Under the pieces are notes generated by a model, which did no database searches, was not told the DNA's origin, and saw nothing but the letters and a program-made list of their open reading frames with translations. Of a DNA stretch of 64,000 bases, positions 1 through 12,695 are shown piece after piece. Both the position numbers and the translations under genes were made by a program. Every line of letters begins with the position of its first letter. Positions within the stretch are counted from its first letter, which is position 1. Source of the DNA: Eledone cirrhosa (taxonomy: Eukaryota); assembly GCA_964016885.1 (NCBI GenBank), contig OZ024742.1, positions 313,782,001 through 313,846,000 on the forward strand, in the 5' to 3' direction.

Positions 1-162
1 AACCCCCTAAAAAATAAAAGTTTTCCCACAAATTGTTTGTGTTAGAGATTATTTTATTATATTAGTTTAACTTAAAGGGACACATTAGTTAAGTTTTTAA
101 ACAATTTAATTACCATATTTCTAATGTAAAACATTGCTTATGATTTTAAAATTGTTTTGAAA

Positions 163-338
163 ATAATTGTTTCTACTTTTGGCACAAGGCCAGCAATTAT
201 CCCAGTGTATTACTGGTACTTTATTTTATCGACCCCGTAAGGATGAAAGGCAAAGTTAACCTCAGCGGGATTTGAACTCAGACTCTTCACTGCAAAGCAT
301 GGTGTCCGACCCTCTACCGATACTGCCAATCCACCGCC
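163..338 (-). mobile_element. tRNA-derived SINE, family A (Meta-domain-like core)
   Basis: Reverse strand shows A box TGGCAGTATCGG, B box GAGTTCAAATCCC, core GCCTTTCATCCTTACGGGGTCGATAAAATAAAGTACCAG and tail GTAGAAACAATTATT. More than 15 similar copies in the window. Confidence 0.85.
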
Positions 339-2239
339 AATCGTTTTGAAAGTAATGAGGAATTCACAGGGATTTAGTAATATAACAAATTTTCTCATTA
401 TTAAGCTGGTGTTTACAGTTTCTTACATAAGATTATGATGGAAGGTTTTTAGATGAATATAAACACTAAAATAAACAAAATTGTAGAATCAGGAGCAGTT
501 TCAGGTAGTTTGGTATTGAAAGTTTCAATAAATTCTCTTATCTAAAAGCCTCTTTGAAAAAAACATTTTTTACTCCAAACAATTCTTTATTCTAAATGAG
601 TTCATACCATGGATCAATATTGCTCACCCAATATTGCTGCATATATTTTGATTTCTATTTTAAATAAAAATCTGTTGCAGTTGGAAGATGACACTATTGT
701 AGTTTGTTAAAAGATGTAAACAAAAGATTAAGAAACTTATTGAAACTTAATAAGATGGTAAATAATCACACTCTAAACAATACTTAAGATATTTTAGTTA
801 TCAAAACTTCATAAAAATATTCTTCATTTGTAGGAATTTACAAAACTATACCTTGGCTTATACACGAAGCTTCAATTTTTGTTCATTTCTCAGACATAAT
901 ATAGTGAGATGGAGTTAGCTTATATCTGGATTGGCTTATACATGAGTATATACAGTACTTTTTGTACTCTAATTTAACTTAAAGAGATATATCGTTTAAG
1001 TTCCTAACCCTTTTGATACAAAATTGCCTAAATCACTCCAGGTTTTATTCATGATTATTTTCAAAATTATTTGATACATCTAAGCAGTGTATTTCATTAG
1101 AAATATGCTGATGAAAGGATTAAATAACTAACTAGTGATGAGCTGAAAAATAAACCTGTGATTTATTCAATACCAGCAGTATTCCCTATTTAGGTACAGA
1201 TATTTTACTTTATATACTGTGATACTTAAACAGTAAAAGATGGTATTCTAAACAATTAGCAAAGTTGGTTAGTGGCAAGAACTCTAAGGAGAGCAGGACA
1301 TCAGGTCTTATTTCACATTTCACTTTCTGTCAGGAGCTGTGACTGGAAGATAGTATCAGCAATGGAAAGACCAATGGAAGCATTGTTTCCTTGGTCCAAT
1401 TTGATTGATTCAATTGTTCGATCATTTTCCCATGCTTGCAGGGGCTGGAGGTATCTGAGAGCTTATTCTGGTTTCAGGGATGTCAAGTGACTAAGAGTAC
1501 AAGCCACTTCCTGGACGGGATGCTGATACTCATTTTCAGCTGAGTGAAGTGGAGCAACATGAATGAAGTGCCTTACTCCAGGATATAGTGTGTCACCCAG
1601 TCTGGAGATCAACCTTACAATCTTGAACCCAACGCTTCATCTGTAAAGCCAGTGTCTTCACAGTCATTATACTTGCAGTGGAAAAGGCAGTGTGAGGAGA
1701 CAGTATAGCCATAGGTCAAAGTTTGGCATGTGTTAGTGTGTGACATCATGCTAATCAATTAGGTAGTCACTTTTGTGGTGGGTGATGCAGCCAGGATGAT
1801 CCTGAAGCTGAAGTACTTCTAGATGTATGGGCAGCATTATTCCATTATGTATTTATTAATTTTGAGAGTTAAAGGCCAGTCTTTGTGATTCAGTTATTGC
1901 TATGTTGAGAGCATCTGAGATTGTCAGGAGAGAACATCAAATGCCTAGCATTTATAGTGAACAGCTGAAGTATTCTCTTGAGAAGAAAACATATTTCATG
2001 CATGAATTGAATTGAGCTAATCATTCAATGATTGATATTTCTTATTAGGAAAGGTTACTGCATATTATTTAGTTGGTCACATTTGCATGATATTGATACA
2101 TAATGTTGACTTACAGACATGTAGCCAACTAATTATATGTGTTGATTGATTAACTAGCTTAGACATGGCAGATATTAAATTTCTGTCTTTTGTTCACTAT
2201 TGGTCTTTCTGTTAATTTTAATATTCTTTTACTGATTTT

Positions 2240-2516
2240 AGCTGTTTGACTGGCATATTACGAGCATGCGGTTTGAATGTCTCAAGAAAGAATTGTTGGG
2301 CAGATTTTACAAGCAAAAACCAACTGGCAGCAGACCCAAGGGTAGACCCTGAGCAAACTGGTTGGATAACCTTTACGAGATTGACTGGTCGCACTTGGGG
2401 GTACAGCCGGATCGGTTAGAGATGATTGCTTCTGACAGGACCCGCTGGAAGGAGTAGTTGAAGATTCTGCCGCCATGACCTCTCAAGATTAAGTGAATGA
2501 AGAAGAAAAAGAAGAC
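2240..2516 (+). mobile_element. RTE-clade LINE 3' fragment (degenerate)
   Basis: Frameshifted translation ...MSQERIVGQILQAK/PTGSRPKGRP..NWLDNL...IASDRTRWK, ending in a GAA-repeat tail. Confidence 0.65.
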
Positions 2517-2745
2517 TGAGGGCACTCCCTAGAAGGGATATAGACGATCATATTGACCCCAGTACTTATTTTTTCAAGTGTGGTGTATATTTTATCTATC
2601 TCTTCATTGAACAACTAGGTTACGGGACATAAACAGATTGTAAATGTAAAGACAAATACACAAATATATGCATATGCACACACACAGAGTCTCCATCGAC
2701 AAAATTTCACTCACAAGGCATTAGTCAACTGGAGGCTATAGAAGA

Positions 2746-2914
2746 TACCATATCTCCCAGCGCCGAAGACGCACCCTTGAGGATGCACCCTGATGTGGAC
2801 AACCATAAATTTGAAAAAAAATAATAAACAACCTTCGGCCTCCAGGACGCATGGTAGATTTTTTAGGCTTATTTTTGGAAAAAAGTAGCATCTTCGATGC
2901 CAGGAAATACGGTA
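2746..2914. mobile_element. Tc1/mariner-type MITE inserted in a SINE
   Basis: Imperfect TIRs TACCATATCTCC...GGAAATACGGTA with TA ends. Confidence 0.55.
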
Positions 2915-3410
2915 CTTTCTAAATATGCTAAACAGTAGGACTGAACTCTAAACTATGCGGTTGTAAAGCAAACACCTTAACTAGACAGCCATAATTGTGC
3001 ATATATGTACATTGTTGATATTAATTTGAACCCCTAGCTGGAACCTAAGCCAGCAGACATTCCAAATGTGATTATTCTGTCATACTTTTTTTAGACATAG
3101 CATCGATCATATTCAAATAGATTGACAAGATTCCAGACTTCACTCACTCACCAAGTGGGGTGGAACTCATCAAATCAGACCAAAGAAACAATGTTTCCAT
3201 TGGTCTTTCCATCGCTGCTGCTATCTACTGGTGACAACTCCTAGCAGAGAGAGTAATGTGGAATACAGTATCTTGCTAAAGGGCATTCACATCATCTGGT
3301 CTGGGAAATGAACTTGCAAACTCACGATTGTGAATCCAATTCTCTAACCACTAAGCCTTTTTTTATGACTAATTTGTTATTTGAATAAGAATTAGTTACT
3401 ATTTTAACAG

Positions 3411-3437
3411 GTGGAAGGATCATGCAGAGGTACTTGG
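3411..3437 (+). other. Candidate 27-nt exon of an unidentified host gene
   Basis: ACTAAT branch-like site near 3368, acceptor TTTTAACAG, 27 nt open in all frames (e.g. WKDHAEVL), donor G|GTGAGT. Confidence 0.4.
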
Positions 3438-4577
3438 GTGAGTTTATATAAATATATTAGACCTCTGTTGGTTCTCACAAGTGTTCCAGTTGTTTGATCA
3501 ATGAGGCAGCCTGCTCATGAAATTAACTAGCAAGTGGCTGAGCATTCCACCGAGATGAATACCCTTAATGCAGGTCTTAGGAAGATTAAGTATGTCACAG
3601 TTTCTGACAAAGCTGGTACATCTCACTTTTGTCAGCTGAGTGGATGGTAATAAGAAATAAAGGGACTTGCTCAAGGACACTGCACACTGCCAGGAATTGA
3701 ACTCATGATCTTATGATAATCACTTGAACACCATATGCCATGCTGGTAATAAGCCCTATAAAGCTAAGCCTTCAGTATCAGTATACATTTCTGGCTGTTA
3801 CCATTTCACAAACATTAACACTCAGAAACAGCTGTGATTTAAACGTTTCTAATGACACAAACAGTTAAAGATATCAGCTTCTGTCCTGTAAATTAATAAA
3901 TCAGTTTATAGAAGGTTTTACATGTCTAACTCAGGAATATAGGATGCATTTTAATTATTTATCTCTAGAATCAATAAGCTGTAGTTATTTACAGTGAGTT
4001 AATGACATTTCTTAATGGCTTTCATTTCCAGTAACTTACATTAGTTAACTCTCATATAGAGGCGGGGGTAAAGACTTGGTGAGACATTTTATCTCAGTCA
4101 CTTCATCAGTAAAAAAAGGAAAAGCCATGATTATCTTAATTTTTTCAACTTTCATTTGTGTCAACTGTACAAGAACTATCATATGAACACACACAGACAC
4201 ACACACACACACATACAGCAGTGGAACAGAGAACTACACTGCGATATTTATTTAATTTTAATTTTTAAACACTCTTTCCATTCACCTTTTGCGTTTTTCT
4301 TCCCACCCCTCCACCCCCTCACACATATATATGCATGCATAATCCTGTAACTCCCGAGGGAGTCGTAGGCATACCATATTTTCAACCTGGCAGAGCCCAT
4401 CTCCTCTTCAGATTTGAATATGACAGATTTCTTCCAGAGAAGGATAGAGGGTGAGAGAACAGAAGTGAGAAAAATATTGAGGAAGAATCGAACCCAGTAC
4501 TTGACTGGTACTTTTTTTTATTGACCTAGAATGAATGAAAAGCAAAGTTTACCTTATATATATATATATATATATAT

Positions 4578-4706
4578 GAGTCCCGGTTTCAATCAGGGGT
4601 AACCACAGTAAGTAAGGTACTAGAACTGTTTCATTTGAAGGAACTGTTTCCTTCAAATGAAACAGTTCTAGTCCTGTAGAAGCTATTTCTATATTAAATT
4701 TGTTAT
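4578..4706. mobile_element. TA-embedded fold-back element (PLE pLTR-like), same family as 43240-43350
   Basis: Perfect hairpin 4619-4672 with about 25-bp arms. Sequence shared with 43244-43350. Flanked by (TA)n. Confidence 0.65.
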
Positions 4707-5980
4707 ATATATATATATACACATACTAATAGATTTACAAAATCATACTACCACAAGATGCTTTGTACACCTATGGCATTGTAATACCGTGTCACACATT
4801 ATCTTATTCAATGATAACTGAAATTAGTCACACAGATTTAGTAAATGTAGCGGCAATAATTGAACAAATTAATTAGGGCTATCAATACAACTAATATCAA
4901 CCAATCCATAAATCAAATCATTACAGAATTTTACGTCTGCTTCCCATGCTGTCATTTTATTGTGTCACCAGCACTAACACTTTATATATATATATATATG
5001 TGTGTGTTTACATATATATAATTTACATATATACATGTAACACTTTATATATATATACTTATACAAACGAAGTTTGTTTGTTTGTTTGTATGTTGACTGC
5101 TAATAACAATAAATAAAATTGATGATAATTAAGGCATTTTGTGGTTTTTCAACTAATCTGAGCTCTAAGATGCTCGCTGTCGACTTATTTTCCTTAATCG
5201 GAATAGGGGGTTGGTCTCAGTTTTATGAAGTGTTAAGCAATTGAAAGTTTGAACATCTAAAACTTGCTCTCTGGATAAAACACCAATCCATGCCTGCACT
5301 ATAAATTTGTGAATACATAAGTATATTATATGCATTTGTATTGTAAGTGTTTTAACCACATGATTGTAAACTACAAAACACATCAACAGTTTTCTGTTAG
5401 TTCATAGTTCCACTATCTAGTCGTATCGTCTGCTTTTTAACTTCACTGTTGCCAACTTATCAGACAAATAGTTCAGTGAATGTTAATATATTTGTTGTAG
5501 TGAGCCAACAAATTTCAATTAAATATAATTACCATTGCAATTATAATAAGCTCAATGACTGATGTCAATCAAATATAATTAATTAATTGAAAGCATTTTT
5601 TTCACTGCATTAATTATGATGAGTACTTCTTCAAACATTGGGTTTCATGCCGATGGTGTCTGTGTAATTCACTTAGATAATAGACATATACTTTTACTGA
5701 TGTCAGTCATTAGACTGCAGCCATGTTGGGGAATGGCCTTGATAGGATTTAGTCGATCATATCGATCCCACTAGTTTTTTCAAGTCTTGTACTTATTTCT
5801 TTAACCTCTTTGTGACAATCTGCTAAGTTATGGTACATAATCTAGACCTGTCAACTCCCACTTTGGGGTGGGTGAGAGATGTCTTCTCTTGTGAAAATGG
5901 GTATATCTTTCATTATTTAAAATCTTCCCATTTTGCCTCATTTCTCTCTGTTTTGGGGCACTTTTTTTTTTCATGGTATT

Positions 5981-6021
<41 letters not shown>

Positions 6022-6034
6022 ACACACACACACA

Positions 6035-6098
<64 letters not shown>

Positions 6099-6124
6099 AG
6101 CCACCCACATTCATTTATGTTAAA

Positions 6125-6228
6125 GCTAAAAAGTGAGTCTTGTTACTCTGGAGTTTTGCCTGTTTATCACAGGCTCATCATTTGTCTGATGAGACTGATA
6201 AACAGAGTAACACGACTCACTTTTTAGC
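6125..6228. ncRNA. Fold-back with decayed hammerhead motif
   Basis: Inverted arms. Minus strand reads TGATGA-GCCTG-TGATAAA-CAGGC-AAAA-CTC-CA-GAG-TA, an HHR layout with core mutations. Confidence 0.5.
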
Positions 6229-6568
6229 CTTAATATAAATGAATATTAAAACTCTACAAACAACTACCAACTACATGTCTGCACTCTTCACCTCAACTCC
6301 CACCCCTGCATGTTGGACTACTCCCCAAACAATCAAAACTCCTCCTCCACCACATCTCCTTTTTATTCTTATTTTCATTTTAATTTAATTTTTTTTAATT
6401 TTTTTATTTCCTTTGCGTTTTTCTTTTTTTCATTCTGTCTTTATTCTACATTCCGAACTCTGTGCCTGAGGAAGGACAAATACTTGAGATGTCAGCTGTT
6501 TAACTCTCTTTTAAACGTGAAACTAAAAAGACTTTATGTTAATGCATCCTCATGTTTGTTTGTTTACT

Positions 6569-6626
<58 letters not shown>

Positions 6627-6627
6627 C

Positions 6628-8142
6628 TAGACAGAGGTAACTATAGAGGCATTAAATTAATCGACCAGGTCATGAAGGTCTCAGAAAAAGTAATAGCACA
6701 ACTAATCAGAGAGCGAATTGATCTAGATGAAATGCAGTTCGGGTTTGTGTCAGGTAAAAGTACCACAGATGCTCTTTTCATTGTACGACAACTACAGGAG
6801 AAGTACCTAGCTAAAAGTAAACCCCTATACTTAGCTTTTGTTGACTTGGAGAAAGCCTTTGACAGAGTCCCCCTCTCCATTATCTGGTGGGTTCTTAGAA
6901 AACTAGGTGTTGATGAATGGCTTGTGAGAGCTATACAAGCCATGTATAAAGAAACAGTCAGCAAGGTTAGAATTAACAACGAATATAGTGAAGAGTTTAG
7001 CGTAAAAGTTGGTGTTCATCAGGAGTAGGCAGAAACTCCATTTTATGTCCAAAATGCAAAGTATGGGTGCATAAAAGATGTAGTGGGATCACAGGTAAGC
7101 TAACTAAGAATATAGATTTTATATGTGGCCGGTGCTCAGGTGCAATAAGTAGCAGCAAGTGCCCACAGAATACTAGCTCATTCCATTGCACAGATGGTTC
7201 TATAGAAATAGTGGACACCTTCCGTTACCTGGGTGACAAAATCAGCAGTGGTGGAGGGTGCTAGAGTAGCTAGAGTCAGAACTGGATGGAAAAAGTTCAG
7301 AGAGCTTATACCACTATTGGCTGCTAAAGGGTTCTCTCTAAAAATGAAAGGCAGGCTGTATGATGCCTGCATACGAACAATGTTACATGGCAGTGAGACT
7401 TGGGCATTGTGTGCAGAGGATATACGCAGACTGGAGAGGAACCAAGCTTGCATACTCCGCTGGATGTGTAATAGTAATATACGTGAACGGCAAAGCATAA
7501 ATGAACTAAGGGTGAAATTGGGAATAAGAGGGATCAGATGTTGTTTACTCGAGAGAAGACTACGCGCATGGAAGACGACAGCTGTATAAAAAAGTGCAGG
7601 GCGATAAAAATAGACGGTAGCCACGGAGTAGGCAGACCCAGAAAAACCTGGGACGACTTGATAAATTCCGACCTCACACACTTACACCTTTCCAAGACAA
7701 TGCCACTGGACCGAGATCTTTGGCGCTACACAGTTATACAGAAGACCCGCCTTGCCTAAGTACAAAGCGAAACCTACAGTCAGTAGGCACCTCTTAACAA
7801 AAATACCGCCCCCCGTCCCACTACCCCCACCCCATCCACACCACCCCTTTCGATATAAAGTTATGTTGGTACCACAACATCCAGTCCGAAATAAGTGAGG
7901 TCGTGTAGGTGTCACGACAAAAAAACATACAGCACGCTGTAATGTGGCCGTGTAGGTAACACGGTAAAACCTCCCAGTCCACACTGTAAACGTGGTTGGT
8001 GTTAGGAAGGGCATCCATCCGTAGAAAACCCGCCAGACAGTCCTATACGAGCAAGACAACCAATCTTGCCTCAAGTGGGAAAATTCCCGTCCAAACCCAT
8101 GCAAGCGTGGAATATAGACGTTAAACAATGATGATGATGATT
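6628..8142 (+). mobile_element. RTE-clade LINE, 5'-truncated, internally deleted
   Basis: RT motifs NYRGIKL, QFGF, LAFVDLEKAFDRVP, VGVHQ; FRYLG; LHGSETW; GRPRKTW; 3' UTR ending TTAAAC(AAT)(GAT)n. Confidence 0.9.
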
Positions 8143-8410
8143 ATTATTATATATATATATACAATGGTGATAGAAAGGGCATCTCGCCATAGAAAACTTT
8201 CTAAACAAAGGGTTAAGTGTATCAGAGGCATGACAACTTTTCTAGCGTTGGTGTAAGGAAAATGCACTTGAAGCGCTCTAGAGAGAAAACACAAGAACCT
8301 ATATAATCGAGATGCGTTCTCTCTGACCTGTCTGACATCAGTAGTCCTCAATTAAGTACTGATCTGGTTTGTCCGTTCAACGTTTTCTAGCAAGGAGAAC
8401 AGAGATGTTG

Positions 8411-8483
<73 letters not shown>

Positions 8484-9561
8484 TTTGTGGTTCACCAATG
8501 GATAGAACTGCTCATTCCGTTTAGTTAACCATGATCTAACATATATTAATCAAATTAATATATATATATAACAATTCGATTAGTACTGCTATATTGCGGC
8601 TATAACCCATTATATGTATAGTTACGTTCAAACAGGCTTCCGTACAGATTCCAACTACCAGATTTCGTTCTCAAAGCTTTGGTCAATCCAAAGTTATGGT
8701 AGAAAGACACTTGCTCAAGATGCTTTACAGTGAGATCAAACCCAGAGACACCTGGTAGTAAGATGAACTTCTTAAACAAACAACCACACCACCACTCTTA
8801 CTTGTATAAAAATATAAAAATATAAATAAATAAAAATCTAAATTAATAAGAGATCAAATTTTAGCATATATGGAAATAACTAAATTTAAAACTAATCAGA
8901 ATTGATTGAACACTACTAACATTCACTCAGTACATGAAATCATATATGTGCTAAATAAAACAGAAATAAAACTCTCAGTTGATAAGAAATCAATGTTAAC
9001 ACTCTACAGAAACATCTAAATTGAATTAAAAACGTATATAAACTTCAATTTACTCCCATCATATATACACAATATAAACGTTCTCCAATAATTGCGAACT
9101 TATCACATTACAAACAGCTTTTTCTTAACGCCAACAAACCACAATACGAAATACGATAACCACTCTTTACCCAACCCAACATATTGGCTTTTTACACCGT
9201 TCTTATTAACAACCACCTTACTGTTATAGCAGCTCAACTCTGGACATGTTTAAGATGAATTGCTGTATTAGTTAATCCTTCTTGTTTCAGGCAAAGTAAA
9301 GTAATATACTTCATTCTTATGAAATGAAATTAAATGTACCAGGTTGTGAAATGAATATACAAGTAGCTTAGCATTCTGACAGCAATTTGGCAGAGCCGTT
9401 AGAATATTGGTTTGAAGGCTTAGAGCGTTCCGACTCTCTTCACTCTAAGTTTTAATCCCGCCGAGGTCAACGTTGCTTTTTATCCTTTCGAGGTATAAAT
9501 TGAATACCAGTCCAGTACTGGAGTCCAGCCTTTCTCTATATCTCTTTCTCTATATCTCTTT

Positions 9562-9636
<75 letters not shown>

Positions 9637-10426
9637 GCTTCTCTGGAAAAAAATCGGCTGTGTTCAAACTTGGACGGGAGATGGCCTCCTCTTGGTTTTA
9701 AAAATGTCCAAGAAACGCTGTATGTCACCAGGGTGCCTCTACGATTCCCCAGGAGTTACGGGTTGAAGGAAAGAAGCTTAGTATTCCACAGACACTGTAT
9801 TCTTATCGTAATTTTCAATAAGATTCAGTGTAACAAAACATATAACAGGCTGGTGTTACAGATACAACTCATTCAACGGACTTACAAAAGGTTAATGGTA
9901 AATGACACTTACTTAAGATGTCACACAGTGGGATCGAGACTAAGATTTTATGATTGCGAAGCGAACTTTTTAACCTTTGGGAAATGCTGCATCGACTCTC
10001 ATTCGTACATTAACCAAATGTACTGTTAGAGAATAGGGGTAGTTCAACATTAAATTGATTAACACAATTATTAGCACATTCAAATACACATGTACAGGTT
10101 TGGCCTTCCTAGCTCTTAACCTGTATACTAAAGTTCCGTGGGTAGTAGATCAACATGAAATTCCTCTGAAATATCTTGGTGAGATTCTCGAAGTTTTGAG
10201 TTCAAAATCAACAGGTGTCAAAATTATTGATTTAATCAACTACGCTAAAAATTAATTTTCTCAGAGCAATAATTGCAATAATATGAAAGTAAAGTCAGTG
10301 AATTTGGCAGAACCGTTAGAAAGTCAGGTTTAAGATGTCTAGCGCCGCTACGACCCCAGCAGGAGTTACGGGTCTATGTGATGTGATGCCAGACGAAATA
10401 AATACCATTATTATACTTTTATAAGG

Positions 10427-10617
10427 GCGGTATATTGGCAGTATTGGTAGAGGGTCGGACGCCATGCTTTGAAGCATAGAGTTACGTCCCTTTATGATCT
10501 GAGTTCAAATCCCGCCGACGTTAACTTTGCCTTTCATCCTTATGGGGTCGATAAAATAAAGTACCAGTAATGCACTGGGTAATTTTGACCTTGTGCCAAA
10601 AAGTAGAAACAATTATT
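10427..10617 (+). mobile_element. tRNA-derived SINE family A
   Basis: Full-length copy with A/B boxes and Meta-like core. Confidence 0.85.
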
Positions 10618-10755
10618 ATACTTTTATAAATTCTATCAATTATATATCTCTTCCAGCAAACACTGACCTTGTAACTATGTAAGAATACAATATTTTATCG
10701 ATCTCAGATTTTGGTGGAATTTGTTAAAATTGTTTTGAAATCTCTGTTGAATGTC

Positions 10756-10789
<34 letters not shown>

Positions 10790-10830
10790 AAATAAATAAG
10801 TCAAATGTTTAAAATTTGGCTTCGTTTATT

Positions 10831-10885
10831 ACTGCTATATATGTTTCGGTGACAGCCATCTTTGGCTGTGACCTCTTCAGGCAGT
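10831..10885 (-). ncRNA. Type I hammerhead ribozyme motif within a fold-back element (arms about 10787-10830 / 10941-10985)
   Basis: Minus strand: ACTGC-CTGAAGA-GGTCACAGCC-AAAGAT-GGCTGTCACC-GAAA-CATATA-TA-GCAGT. Helices I and II pair; helix III is one change from the palindromic ACATATGT. Confidence 0.75.
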
Positions 10886-11084
10886 CCGAATTAGTGTGGT
10901 AGAGACGAGTACACATGTTGTTGAGGTGTATAACTTTGTCAATAAACGAAACGAAATTTTAAACATTTGACTTATTTATTTTATTTTATTTTACATTACT
11001 CCGGAGTAACCAAACCAATCTGCGCACTTCGTCGAGTGCTCCAATCTGCATACTGAGGTGTTGGTATACAACCAACATATACTC

Positions 11085-11139
<55 letters not shown>

Positions 11140-11442
11140 TATATTTATAAATAAGAGGAAAGCACAACGGGGGATAATTTCCCTTTCACCAGTTGTCTGC
11201 GGGAGATCATGGATATTTCTACGCAGCGCTTTCCTCCTACTTATAAATATACTTTATCCAGCAACTACACAGCCTCTGTTTCTTTTAATATATATTTATA
11301 TATATCCCTTTTTGGGGACAGTGTGAAATTTTTTTTTGAGGGACTGCTGGGCTTTCAAACTTAGCAGTCCTTCTAGCACTGACGGAAACCATCACTGATT
11401 ATTAATATCGATGTAGTTTTTTATATTGATATTGCATGGGCA

Positions 11443-11565
11443 TCCACTGATGAGTTATAAGGGCCCACTTGTGATAATATCTATGGATTATATACAAGTT
11501 TCTACATAACTTGGACATTATTTATCCCAAATTGTAGAAATCTTATAACGAAACGATCGTATGGA
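11443..11565 (+). ncRNA. Type I hammerhead ribozyme with about 80-nt insertion in loop II
   Basis: TCCA-CTGATGA-GTTATAAG...CTTATAAC-GAAA-CGATCG-TA-TGGA. Canonical core, all three helices pair, palindromic helix III. Confidence 0.8.
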
Positions 11566-12056
11566 AAGAAAGAGAGATTTATTTAATTATGTCTCATATA
11601 AAATAATACAACCAATTATCCACGGAATACTATATAGTTAGCACCCCAAACACATAATTGGGATTATACTCAGGTATAATGTGAGATGGAGTTGGTCAGA
11701 GTATCGCTTAAAGCTTTCTCTGTTAATGTATTAAATATATATATATATACAGTGGCGGACTGACCAGGTTGCCCAAAGGCAAGTGGGCCCCAAGGGGCCC
11801 ACAGTAGCAGGGCCAATTGTAGTATTTTAGGGGCCAATGCTTTGCTTTCAAAAAATACCTCAAATCTAAGAGAAAGAATTAAAAAAAATAAATTAAACAA
11901 TTAAGCAAAGCATTTGGTCAACCAATTCCCCGGGGAATTACAAGAAACCAAAATATACGATAGCTGGAATCAGTGGTTGTACATTCTACTAAATCTAAAG
12001 CTTAGTGTATTCATTCATGCAAACAGAAATACATATATAGACACAGACACACAAGC

Positions 12057-12089
<33 letters not shown>

Positions 12090-12241
12090 CTTACACACGA
12101 ACTACTGACCAAATAATATTTAGTATCAATGGGTTAAAGATATCTGTCAAATCAATTAGTGATGAAAGTGGTGTGTATATATATATATACATTTACACAC
12201 ACATATATATAGAGTGAGTGTGAAAGACCAAAGGTCATTAT

Positions 12242-12695
12242 TGAAGTCGACTTTAAGTAGGAGCAATAACATTAAGAAAGACATGAACGACACCACAACA
12301 CTTTGTTTTGAAAATTTTGAAAGTAGGTTTATAAGTATGAATTTTCACAAGATCCTTGTACTTGTTTCTGTGGCCTAGTGGTAGGTACTGGAGACGGTGG
12401 AGATCCTGGTCGCGGGTTCAATCCTGGTCAACCGGTACATGTAACCTTTTTCTATTTTTATTTTACAACCAATAGAAAAGACTGAAAAGGTTTTCCGGGT
12501 GCCATACTCCCAAGTAGGATCGAACTTCAGACCCGGATTACCATCGTCTATGACTCCTCCAACTACGCCACCGAGACAGCTACAAAAGTATGATGAAAAT
12601 TGATAAACCTACTTTCAAAATCAAAGTTTAAAATATGTGGTGTCGTTCATGGCTTTCCTAGAGCTAGCTATTAGTAATATTTAGGGTCGACTTCT
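12242..12695. mobile_element. MULE-like MITE with about 110-bp imperfect TIRs carrying two convergent tRNA-like units
   Basis: TIRs start GAAGTCGAC / end GTCGACTTC. A 9-11-bp TSD GGTCATTAT(TG) lies on both sides. Internal A/B-box units at about 12367-12450 (+) and 12485-12578 (-). Confidence 0.75.

Noticed and set aside
5822-5982. ORF end shared with 54200-54375
   Set aside because: Dispersed repeat fragment with stops; no assignable domain
12367-12578. Genuine tRNA genes
   Set aside because: A/B boxes are present but I could not build a convincing cloverleaf or acceptor stem; they lie within a TIR element
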